Shown here in pieces: positions 1 to 7,226 of a DNA stretch of 11,930 bases. Position 1 is the stretch's first letter; the number at the start of each line of letters is the position of its first letter. The notes under the pieces were generated by a model. It had not been told where the DNA came from. It did no database searches and saw nothing but the letters and a program-made list of their open reading frames with translations. The stretch is from Simkaniaceae bacterium (GTDB lineage: Bacteria > Chlamydiota > Chlamydiia > Chlamydiales > JAJFMI01). Where the stretch lies: NCBI GenBank assembly GCA_040880145.1, contig JBBDIZ010000033.1:1-11930 (forward strand), in the 5' to 3' direction. The position numbers and the translations under genes are program-made.

Positions 1-54
1 AAAGGGACATTTCTATTTAATCCAACTAGGGGACATTTCTATTTGTCGCTAACA
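1..54. mobile_element. Probable terminal end of an insertion sequence (IS1202/ISNCY-like or IS21/IS481-like TGT...ACA end); element body lies outside the window
   Basis: Two perfect 15-bp direct repeats GGGACATTTCTATTT (4-18, 30-44; 26-bp period) followed by GTCGCTAACA ending at 54. The reverse complement reads TGTTAGCGACAAATAGAAATGTCCCC, i.e. a 5'-TGT tip with repeated subterminal boxes typical of these DDE elements. No transposase lies in the window. Confidence 0.55.
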
Positions 55-64
55 TCTAATTATA

Positions 65-93
65 TCAAAACAACCTCAAAGGTTGAATTTTGA
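65..93 (-). terminator. Possible weak intrinsic terminator after the oxidoreductase gene
   Basis: Hairpin CAACCT-3 nt-AGGTTG (71-85) followed by TTTTG on the minus strand, about 35 nt downstream of the stop at 122. The stem is short. Confidence 0.3.
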
Positions 94-121
94 ACATTTA
101 AGATTTAATCGACTATAGGAA

Positions 122-1075
122 TTATTTAATTAAGTGAATGGCTCTAAGAGCTTTAGCTGCGTGATACAGAAGCCCTCTTGAACCTAGGGCCGTGATAAAC
201 ACCGTATGATTCGACAGAAGTTCAACGATAGGCTCATAGCCGCTAACCGGAGCCACTCGAATACCCGCTTTGCAATCGATTAAAGGCCAAGAGAGGACCT
301 CGGGGCAAAATTGCTGAATTTTTGGATAAATAAGCTCTTTTGCTCTTTCAATATCAGGACCGGGGCATTGAAAATAATGCTCATAAGTCGAACCTATTTG
401 TACGATTTTTGAGTCTTCTGTTAAGGAAATATGGCCCTTGCCAATCACTGACCGCTCTATCTTGCCTCTTAAAAAAAGGGATTGCCCCTTCACCATTTTT
501 ATTGGTAAGTCCGGGATAAAATCAGAAAGATTCGCTCCAACAGCCAAGATCACTCGATCGGCATCTAATTGATCGCATGAAGTTACTTCATGTTTTTTAT
601 GAACAAGACCCATTTTTCTGCAAACTTGAAACAATCCTTGCAGATAGAGCTTTGTAAAAACAGTAACCCCCTCTCTTATAAAAACTCCAGATCGGGAAGG
701 TAAAGAAGGGATAAGCTGAGTCGAGTCTTGGAAAAATTCGACTCCTTTGTACTCTTTTGAACGTTTGATAAAGTGGGGTCTTTGACTCTCTTTCATGATG
801 AGTCTTAAAATCCCATTTCTGATAGCAACCGGGTAGCCAAGCTCTCTTTCCACAACATCGACAAGATCAAGCGTTTGTTTTAAAGACTCAAAACCGTTAG
901 AAGAATACGGGATATTTTCACCTGCAAAGGGATGCAATAGTCCCGTGCTTGAACCGGAAGCCCCTCCTCCTATCCCTTTTTTTTCATACAATACGACATT
1001 TTGATGACCTTGAGAGAGTAAATGATAGCAAGAGGCAAGCCCTGCTAAACCGCCGCCGATAACGGCCCACTTCAT
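122..1075 (-). CDS. FAD-dependent oxidoreductase, DAO/glycine-oxidase superfamily (resembles a stand-alone MnmC oxidase domain)
   Basis: N-terminal Rossmann motif AVIGGGLAG, then GGGASGSSTGLLHP, KGQ, IGSTYE, AGIR and C-terminal ALGSRGL. ATGA start/stop overlap with the upstream gene at 1072-1075. Confidence 0.85.
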   Translation of the reverse strand: MKWAVIGGGLAGLASCYHLLSQGHQNVVLYEKKGIGGGASGSSTGLLHPFAGENIPYSSNGFESLKQTLDLVDVVERELGYPVAIRNGILRLIMKESQRPHFIKRSKEYKGVEFFQDSTQLIPSLPSRSGVFIREGVTVFTKLYLQGLFQVCRKMGLVHKKHEVTSCDQLDADRVILAVGANLSDFIPDLPIKMVKGQSLFLRGKIERSVIGKGHISLTEDSKIVQIGSTYEHYFQCPGPDIERAKELIYPKIQQFCPEVLSWPLIDCKAGIRVAPVSGYEPIVELLSNHTVFITALGSRGLLYHAAKALRAIHLIK

Positions 1076-1890
1076 AGAGCCTTCTTTCGCTCAAAAAGAA
1101 GATAACTTTCGGCAGAAAAATTAAAGAAAAAGATGACAACGGGTGTTAAGATTGCTGAAAAGGGCACCATAATAAAGAACCACTCCAAGGCAATTGTCAG
1201 CGCTTCGTTTGAATTGAGAAAAGCAGCTCCTGTGAGCTTTGCAGCTAATGAAAGAAGGGCTACAACTGCAAGAAGAGGGAGCGCTGCCGACACAAATAGA
1301 AAAATTTGAGTAAATACATTCTCTTTGATTCGAGAAAAAGCGAAGCTCATAGCCTCTAAATTGAATTTCTGTTTGAGAGCCACAAAAGGAGTTACAAAGA
1401 AAAGAAGAAGCGCATTAAAAATGCTTAAGATCAAACAACCCAGGACAAGCAAAAAAGGAGCAAAGGAGAAAATAACTGAAAAAGCAGGACCCACTGCCGG
1501 AATCTCACGAAGAAGATAAAAAACACCCAAGGTCGTCCATAGGAGAAGATAGGTTAAGATCATCGGAAGAGCAAGATAAGAAACCCCAATGAGAAGTTGC
1601 CAACTCTCCTTAATGATTTTCAACAAGCTCACAGGCAGCCCCAAGAGTTCAGCTTGATAAATCTTGATGAGAAAAGCCCCGGTAGCAAGCAATACTCCAA
1701 AGCAAAGAAAAATGGGTAAAAAGGTTAGAGAAAACACAACCCAATCCGATGCATTTACAGCAAGCGCCCTACAAAGCACAATCATAAGCCCTGCAAGAAC
1801 CAGGACTGGAAAGACCGTTAAAATCTTCTTTTTTGAAAAAGAGAGCCGTATTGAACGGTTAAAAAGTGTCTCAATTTTTTTTATATCCAT
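1072..1890 (-). CDS. Polytopic inner-membrane protein of unknown function (about 6 hydrophobic segments)
   Basis: Long hydrophobic stretches separated by short basic loops. ATG 1890 (MDIKKIETLFNRS) is preferred over the ORF-track start at 1968 because it avoids a 44-bp overlap and follows a promoter-like motif. Confidence 0.8.
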   Translation of the reverse strand: MDIKKIETLFNRSIRLSFSKKKILTVFPVLVLAGLMIVLCRALAVNASDWVVFSLTFLPIFLCFGVLLATGAFLIKIYQAELLGLPVSLLKIIKESWQLLIGVSYLALPMILTYLLLWTTLGVFYLLREIPAVGPAFSVIFSFAPFLLVLGCLILSIFNALLLFFVTPFVALKQKFNLEAMSFAFSRIKENVFTQIFLFVSAALPLLAVVALLSLAAKLTGAAFLNSNEALTIALEWFFIMVPFSAILTPVVIFFFNFSAESYLLFERKKAL

Positions 1891-1899
1891 AAGATCAGA

Positions 1900-1928
1900 A
1901 GCATACCAAAATTCAAAGGATTGATCAA
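1900..1928 (-). promoter_or_regulatory. Putative sigma70/sigma66-type internal promoter for the membrane protein-oxidoreductase pair
   Basis: TTGATC (1928-1923), 17-nt spacer, TATGCT (1905-1900), preceded by an extended -10 TG. It lies 9 nt before ATG 1890. Confidence 0.45.
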
Positions 1929-3007
1929 TAAGAGAGATCCATTGGGCGATAAAAAACTCGATTATCAATAATCTCCGCCATATTGCCCATCATGCGGCTA
2001 AAAAAGAAAAGAAGAGTCAGAAAACGCGGTTCAATATACTCAGATAAAAGCGGCCCTGAGAAAGCATCCACATTATAATACTTGGATCTCATACGCGGTT
2101 TTAGATCGGCTAAAATAGAAGGTGCAAACTGTGATAAATAAAGAGCGCGCTTTACAAAGCGATTTTCAGGAAAACGTGCCCTTGCCATTTCTTTTAAAAG
2201 CTCGGCCCTTGGATCCGGAACCTGTAAAATTCCATGACCATAGCCATAGAGCTTTTTGCCGGACGACAGCTTGTCAGCAATCCAATTTGTAAGCCAGATT
2301 TCACTTGGTTCATCACTTTGCCACTCACTTAACTGCTCGATGACTTTGCGATTGGCTCCCCCATGAAGCTCGCCGTGAAGCGCTGCAGCCATAGCCACCA
2401 AACTCTCATTAAGCTTAGGGTGAGATGATGAAGTCACAAGTGAAGCAAAACACGAAACATTTCCCTTCCCATGAATAGTATGAGTTTTAAAAAAAAGATC
2501 GAAGGGCGCATAAGCATCGAGCTCTAAGTTCAAAGAATCTAAAATCAACTCGATAAAATCCTCTCCAACCACTTCTTTTTTCACACACCCCCCCCTGCAA
2601 TGGTTGACAATAGCTCCTAAAAGAAGGGGAGCTTTTGCAACAAGGGTATCTCTCTGCTCTCTTAAGCTCCCTTCCACATTCACAAGAGGAAGAAGTGAAA
2701 GAAGAACTTGCATGGGATCCGTCTCACGAGGGATTTGCTTAAGCAATGCGTAAAGATGTTCATCCAAATGAGCTTTTTCTAGAGGAGGCCCCATTAAACT
2801 TTCCCCAGAGACGAAATCAATAAAGGCAGGATAATCGAGATCGATTAGCTCAGAAAGAGGTTTTTTATAAATGAGAAGCCCTTTTTCGGGATCGACAACT
2901 GAACGGGCTGAAACAATACCAAATTGGCGAATATCTGTCTCAACCCCCTCTGCAAAAAAAGGAGCTAGAAAGAGAAGCAAAACAAAAACCCTGCGAAAAC
3001 GCTTCAA
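1925..3007 (-). CDS. Divergent citrate synthase-family paralogue with a predicted N-terminal signal peptide
   Basis: Motifs HTIHGKGNVS, LHGELHGGAN, YGYGHGILQVPDPR, NVDAFSG, SRMMG and YRP align with the neighbouring citrate synthase. The N-terminus is [21 protein letters not shown]. The TTG start overlaps the gltA stop (TTGA, 3004-3007). Confidence 0.85.
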   Translation of the reverse strand: MKRFRRVFVLLLFLAPFFAEGVETDIRQFGIVSARSVVDPEKGLLIYKKPLSELIDLDYPAFIDFVSGESLMGPPLEKAHLDEHLYALLKQIPRETDPMQVLLSLLPLVNVEGSLREQRDTLVAKAPLLLGAIVNHCRGGCVKKEVVGEDFIELILDSLNLELDAYAPFDLFFKTHTIHGKGNVSCFASLVTSSSHPKLNESLVAMAAALHGELHGGANRKVIEQLSEWQSDEPSEIWLTNWIADKLSSGKKLYGYGHGILQVPDPRAELLKEMARARFPENRFVKRALYLSQFAPSILADLKPRMRSKYYNVDAFSGPLLSEYIEPRFLTLLFFFSRMMGNMAEIIDNRVFYRPMDLSY

Positions 3008-4167
3008 AACTCATCTCTATAAAAATATTTAGGACGTACGATTGGCGTCCCCTTTCCATGACGCGCTCTCAATCTTTCATAACAAATTTGGATACCAATA
3101 CCAACGCTCCGAGACAATCCAAACAGAAGTGTATAGTATTCAGGGTATCCGAAACCTGCAGCAGTCAACATCGTTCCGGAAATGGCATCAATATTGGGAA
3201 AAGGATCTTGGAATTTCGGGTAACGACTCATCACCTCCGACCCGGCCTTCCGAATTAAAAGAGCCGTTTTAACAAGAGAATGATCTCCAAAATATTTTGT
3301 TGAATAATCATACATAATTGTAGCGCGCGGATCTTCCACTCTTAATACTGCATGGCCAAATCCATAAATGATCTTTTTCTCCTCAACGCACCCTTCAATA
3401 AAGGTGCGCACGTCTTCAAGAGTTCCCTTTTGACCCACAGCCTCTAAAACCCGTTTTACAAACCCCAAACCATCTTGATTGGCCTTTCCGTGGAGAGGGC
3501 CGGCTAAAGCAGATAAAGCTGAGGAGATGGAACCGTAAAGATCTTCTAAGCTTGATGCGACAGCCTTACCCACAAAAGTGGAAAGATTCCCACCTCCATG
3601 ATCCATATGAAGAATCTCAAATAAATCTAAAACTTCGTGAAGTTTCTTTTTATCAGTATTGGGAATGTTTACCATATCAGCAAAACTTTCCATATACCCA
3701 AAACTTGGTTTTGGCATGGGCGTTTTTCCCCAACCTGCATGATGATTAATCACAAGAGCGGTTAGGTGGGGCAGCTTACCGATTAAAATCTTTAGGTCCT
3801 CTAAATAGTTACCCTTGCCCTCTATCATTCCAAGAATTAAGACCGCAGCGCTCATCAATTTCATCGGATGGCCTTTCCGCGGCAAGCATGAGATATGTTT
3901 CATCACATCGGGATGACAAGCAAAGTGGCTCTCTACCTCTTGCATAAATGCCTCAATCTCATCTTTTGATTGAAAAAGAGTCGTAAGAAGAAGCGCTATC
4001 ACTTTTTCTGGGGTAAAGCCCTCCATCTCTTTGATAGGCATTCCCCTATAAAAAAGCCCTTTTTGCGGATCGACAAAAGAAGTGGGACAATAGCCAACAG
4101 GAAACCCTCTCAACCCCGTTTCGAGGTGTTCCTCTTTGATCTCGAAAAGAACCTTATCCTTCATCAT
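3004..4167 (-). CDS. gltA: Citrate synthase (eukaryote/mitochondrial-like type)
   Basis: [57 protein letters not shown] and PIVRPK, with the catalytic His/His/Asp present. ATGA overlap with the mdh stop. Confidence 0.95.
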   Translation of the reverse strand: MMKDKVLFEIKEEHLETGLRGFPVGYCPTSFVDPQKGLFYRGMPIKEMEGFTPEKVIALLLTTLFQSKDEIEAFMQEVESHFACHPDVMKHISCLPRKGHPMKLMSAAVLILGMIEGKGNYLEDLKILIGKLPHLTALVINHHAGWGKTPMPKPSFGYMESFADMVNIPNTDKKKLHEVLDLFEILHMDHGGGNLSTFVGKAVASSLEDLYGSISSALSALAGPLHGKANQDGLGFVKRVLEAVGQKGTLEDVRTFIEGCVEEKKIIYGFGHAVLRVEDPRATIMYDYSTKYFGDHSLVKTALLIRKAGSEVMSRYPKFQDPFPNIDAISGTMLTAAGFGYPEYYTLLFGLSRSVGIGIQICYERLRARHGKGTPIVRPKYFYRDEF

Positions 4168-5162
4168 GCCCCCCTTAATAGCTCTTTTACAGCATCCCGC
4201 TCTTCTAAAAGCTCTTTTTCAGTTAAACGAATTTTTTTCTCGATAAAAGCATCCAATAAAAAATTATCTTGAATGCGTACGCCCTTCTCTTTTTCTCGGA
4301 AGATTGGAAAAGAAAAAATCAGCCCTTCCTCAATTCCATAAGAGTTGCCATTTGATGAAACCGCAGCTGAAAAGAGTTCTTTTTCGGAGAAAAGCAAATC
4401 ATGAATGGTATCGATTATAGCGGCACTAGCTGAAGCTGCCGAAGACTTGCCCCTTGCCTTGATAATCTGAGCTCCCCTTCCTTGAATCATTTCGACAAAA
4501 TCATTTTCTAGCCAAGAGCGATCTGATATCACATCTAAAACGGGATTGCCCTCAATTTTAGCTAGAGTGAAATCAGGCACCATTGTCGAGGAGTGATTAC
4601 CCCAAATGATCATATCACTAACATTGCTATGATGAACTCCCGCTTTTTTAGCCAGCTGAAAAGCCGCGCGATTTTCATCGAGCTTTGTCATAGCAAAGAA
4701 ATTTTCGCGAGGAATATTAAAAGCGTGATGCATTGTGACTAGACAATTCGTATTGCAAGGATTGCCCACAACCAAGACAAGCGTCTTCTTACTGCCGCCT
4801 TTGTTGATTGCCTTCCCCATGTCGACAAAGATTTTTCCATTTTCACTCAATAAATCCTTTCGCTCCATCCCAGGACCTCGAGGTTTTGCGCCCACTAAAA
4901 GAGCGATATCCACTCCCTCATAAGCCTCATCAAGATCAGAGGTAGCCTTAACCTCGTCAAGCAAAGGGAAATTCGAATCATGAAGCTCCATCACAACCCC
5001 CTTCAAAGCCTCTAAGGCAGAAGGAAGTTCTAAGATGTTTAAATGAATCGGCTGGTCTTTGCCTAAAAGGTCTCCATTTGCAATTCGAAACAGTAAATTA
5101 TAACAGATTTGACCCGCACCCCCGGTCACCACAATACGCTTTGCTTCCCTTTTTATTGTCAC
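4164..5162 (-). CDS. mdh: Malate dehydrogenase (type 2, cytosolic/plastid-like family)
   Basis: [51 protein letters not shown] and [12 protein letters not shown] start with an AGGTGG SD-like sequence upstream. Confidence 0.96.
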   Translation of the reverse strand: MTIKREAKRIVVTGGAGQICYNLLFRIANGDLLGKDQPIHLNILELPSALEALKGVVMELHDSNFPLLDEVKATSDLDEAYEGVDIALLVGAKPRGPGMERKDLLSENGKIFVDMGKAINKGGSKKTLVLVVGNPCNTNCLVTMHHAFNIPRENFFAMTKLDENRAAFQLAKKAGVHHSNVSDMIIWGNHSSTMVPDFTLAKIEGNPVLDVISDRSWLENDFVEMIQGRGAQIIKARGKSSAASASAAIIDTIHDLLFSEKELFSAAVSSNGNSYGIEEGLIFSFPIFREKEKGVRIQDNFLLDAFIEKKIRLTEKELLEERDAVKELLRGA

Positions 5163-5189
5163 TTGCCACCTAAAAAATTAATAAGCTGC

Positions 5190-5218
5190 ATTCTAATCTC
5201 TGGTCCCGAAATTTACAA
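5190..5218 (-). promoter_or_regulatory. Putative sigma70/sigma66 promoter of the mdh-gltA-paralogue operon
   Basis: TTGTAA (5218-5213), 17-nt spacer, TAGAAT (5195-5190), 27 nt upstream of the mdh GTG. Confidence 0.55.
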
Positions 5219-5248
5219 GCGTTTAAGGTAAAAGAAAAAAGGATTTTT

Positions 5249-5737
5249 ATGGAAAAACCCCCATCGGACACAGCCATTGAAGATAACACCTATCGTATTT
5301 TCCCAAACGACCTAAACTCCAAAGGAACGGTTTTTGGCGGACTCATCATGGCACAAATCGATAAAATTGCCGCCGTTATCGCAGAGCGTCACAGTGAAAA
5401 AGTCAGCGTAACCGCCTCAGTCGACGCCATACATTTTTTAGCGCCTGCCGGCCACGGTGAAAACCTCATCTTCAAAGCCTCGATCAACCGAAGCTGGGTA
5501 AGTTCTATGGAAGTTGGCGTGAAAGTGCTAGCAGAGGAAAATCTTGGAGGACGCAAAAGACGCCATATCGTCTCGGCCTACCTCACATTCGTAGCCCTGG
5601 ACCAATCGGGAAAACCAAGTGAAGTTCCCAAAGTCATTCCCGAAACAGAAGATGAAAAACGTCGCTTTAAAGAAGCAGAAATCCGGCGATCACACCGGTT
5701 TAAGAGCGCCCAAGAAATCAAAAAACATCGAAAATAA
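5249..5737 (+). CDS. Acyl-CoA thioesterase, hotdog fold (YciA-like)
   Basis: FPNDLNSKGTVFGG, IDKIAA, VTASVDAIHFLAP, SSMEVGVKV and AYLTFVALD are typical YciA-family motifs. AAGGA lies upstream of the ATG. Confidence 0.92.
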   Translation: MEKPPSDTAIEDNTYRIFPNDLNSKGTVFGGLIMAQIDKIAAVIAERHSEKVSVTASVDAIHFLAPAGHGENLIFKASINRSWVSSMEVGVKVLAEENLGGRKRRHIVSAYLTFVALDQSGKPSEVPKVIPETEDEKRRFKEAEIRRSHRFKSAQEIKKHRK

Positions 5738-5770
5738 AAAAAGCGACTCAAATGGTTGAGCCGCTTTATA
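5736..5770 (-). terminator. Rho-independent terminator between convergent genes (probably bidirectional)
   Basis: Minus strand reads AAAGCGGCTCAA-CCAT-TTGAGTCGCTTT: a 12-bp stem with one G-U pair (5740-5767), running into a 7-T tract. The plus strand has a weaker TTTATA tail. Confidence 0.75.
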
Positions 5771-5794
5771 ATAAGAAATTAAAATATAAGATTA

Positions 5795-6451
5795 CTATTT
5801 ATAAGCGTTTAGTTTTGATAATTCATCTTTGTAAGAATTAATTTTATCATTAAGCTCTTTTATTTGATCATCAAGATCTTTTATTATTTCATCTCTATTG
5901 TCTTTAAAAGGTTCCATATATTCTTCTTGCTGTTTACCCATTGTAAAACACTTAATCTCATTAATCTCATTTTTTTCTTTTTCTAAATCTTTAATTCCAT
6001 TTTCTAAATCTTTAATTCCATTTTCTAAATTTTTAATTTTGTTTTCAGTAAAGATTTTTTCAGATTGTGAAATTATATTTTGGACATCATCAATTTTGCT
6101 GTTTTTAATCAGATCTACGAGCCTATCAACCCCATTTCCAATGGTTAAGTATCTTTGAAAGACTTCTTTTATCTTATCGAAAAATGTTTTTGTCACTCCT
6201 ATTCCATAAAAAGTATTCGAGATTTCATAAATATGCTCATATCCAGATGTCTTGTATTCACTAGTGCTCCTCCTAAATCCTATTCCGAAATCAGCGCTTT
6301 TGCTTTTAAGTATTTTTTTTACTGTAGAACGTGCCTTTGGAGATAATTTCTCTAAGTTAGCCCGACATTTAACAGGATCTTTAGCATACTCTCTTGCAAT
6401 CCTTGTTCTTAATGAAGTGGCGCATACACCTGTCTGACATTGTACTTTCAT
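5795..6451 (-). CDS. AT-rich hypothetical protein with a C-terminal coiled coil
   Basis: 218-aa ORF with AGGT upstream of the ATG, a promoter-like motif upstream and a terminator downstream. The C-terminal half is K/E/N/I-rich with heptad periodicity. No family recognised. Confidence 0.75.
   Translation of the reverse strand: MKVQCQTGVCATSLRTRIAREYAKDPVKCRANLEKLSPKARSTVKKILKSKSADFGIGFRRSTSEYKTSGYEHIYEISNTFYGIGVTKTFFDKIKEVFQRYLTIGNGVDRLVDLIKNSKIDDVQNIISQSEKIFTENKIKNLENGIKDLENGIKDLEKEKNEINEIKCFTMGKQQEEYMEPFKDNRDEIIKDLDDQIKELNDKINSYKDELSKLNAYK
5979..6038. repeat. 21-bp in-frame tandem repeat (about 2.9 copies) encoding IK[N/D]LENG heptads
   Basis: TTTTCTAAATCTTTAATTCCA at 5979-5999 and 6000-6020, plus a partial copy with one mismatch at 6021-6038. 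An adjacent 9-bp duplication TTAATCTCA sits at 5952-5969. Confidence 0.9.
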
Positions 6452-6490
6452 TTTATTACCTATTATTTATTTTGATTAAACTATATTTTA

Positions 6491-6520
6491 ATTATACATA
6501 AATATTGATTAAAATTACAA
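6491..6520 (-). promoter_or_regulatory. Putative promoter of the coiled-coil orphan
   Basis: TTGTAA (6520-6515), 18-nt spacer, perfect TATAAT (6496-6491). The region is very AT-rich, so a chance match is possible. Confidence 0.4.
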
Positions 6521-6646
6521 TAAATTTTTATAATTTTTAAATATATCATTAACAGGCACTTGCGTAGCGTTTTTTCATGGCAGAATATCCACTAGTTTTT
6601 TTTTGGAGGATCAAGTATGATGATTCCCCAAGATATTAGGAGAAAT

Positions 6647-6892
6647 ATGGATTTACAAGATGAAGTAAAAGAGACGATTTTAGCGGCTCTTCCGGGGGCG
6701 AAGGTCTCCATTTCCGATCCCATGTGCGATAATGCCCACTTTGAGGCTGTTGTCGTCGCTGAACAATTTGAAGGGCTTACTTTGATTAAACAACATCAGA
6801 TTGTAATGCAAACCCTTAAGGATAAATTCGATACATCGCTTCACGCTTTAGCGCTAAAGACGATGACACCCAAGGAGTATGAAAATGCATGA
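6647..6892 (+). CDS. bolA: BolA/IbaG family protein
   Basis: DNAHFEAVVVAEQFEGLTLIKQHQIV and LHALALKT are BolA signatures. Start taken as ATG 6647 (AGGAG upstream); ATG 6617 (GGAGGA upstream) is also possible. Confidence 0.9.
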   Translation: MDLQDEVKETILAALPGAKVSISDPMCDNAHFEAVVVAEQFEGLTLIKQHQIVMQTLKDKFDTSLHALALKTMTPKEYENA

Positions 6893-7199
6893 AATACTAG
6901 CAGAAATTAAAGAAGAAATCCAAAATCACGCGGTTATTCTCTATATGAAAGGATCAAAAGTGATGCCCATGTGCGGCTTTTCAGGCCGGGTTGTCGACCT
7001 ATTAAAGAGCTATCACGTTGATTTTGAAACCCGCGATGTCTTGAAAGATGATAAACTTCGCCAAGGGATTAAGGAGTATTCAAACTGGCCGACTCTTCCC
7101 CAACTATACATACGGGGTGAGTTCATCGGGGGATGCGATATCATCTCAGAACTTCATTCTAGAGGAGAACTTAAAAACCTGCTTCAAATCAAATCTTGA
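6885..7199 (+). CDS. grxD: Monothiol glutaredoxin, Grx4 family
   Basis: LYMKG, PMCGFS active site, LRQGIKEYSNWPTLPQLY and GGCDI. AAGGAG at 6872-6877 favours ATG 6885 over ATG 6879. Overlaps the bolA stop. Confidence 0.95.
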   Translation: MHEILAEIKEEIQNHAVILYMKGSKVMPMCGFSGRVVDLLKSYHVDFETRDVLKDDKLRQGIKEYSNWPTLPQLYIRGEFIGGCDIISELHSRGELKNLLQIKS

Positions 7200-7226
7200 G
7201 CTCTTTAGCAGGCATTTCTTGCAAAA

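Noticed and set aside
4..44. Direct repeats as a CRISPR array
   Set aside because: Only two 15-bp units with an 11-bp gap, too short for a repeat-spacer structure, and no cas genes are present. An IS end fits better.
55..90. dif/XerCD site next to the IS end (some IS1202 members target these sites)
   Set aside because: TTATATCAAAA resembles a XerD arm, but no XerC arm with a 6-bp spacer lies outside the element. A chance match is likely in AT-rich DNA.
1891..1968. ORF-track N-terminal extension of the membrane protein
   Set aside because: It overlaps the conserved C-terminal YRP motif of the citrate synthase paralogue and spans a promoter-like motif. ATG 1890 is more plausible.
1925..3007. 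Calling the paralogue prpC (2-methylcitrate synthase) or a pseudogene
   Set aside because: There are no prpB or prpD neighbours, and its motifs track the adjacent eukaryote-type gltA. The frame is intact with catalytic residues retained.
1325..4923. Short plus-strand ORFs (1325-1519, 1664-1924, 3042-3272, 3058-3258, 3552-3749, 3970-4272, 4735-4923)
   Set aside because: Antisense shadows of well-supported minus-strand genes, with no recognisable motifs.
6511..6537. Imperfect inverted repeat AAAATTACAA...TTATAATTTT as an operator
   Set aside because: Almost pure A/T sequence, where such symmetry is expected by chance.
7200..7226. preQ1 riboswitch upstream of yhhQ
   Set aside because: The gap is only 27 nt and lacks the preQ1-I stem-loop plus A-rich tail consensus.
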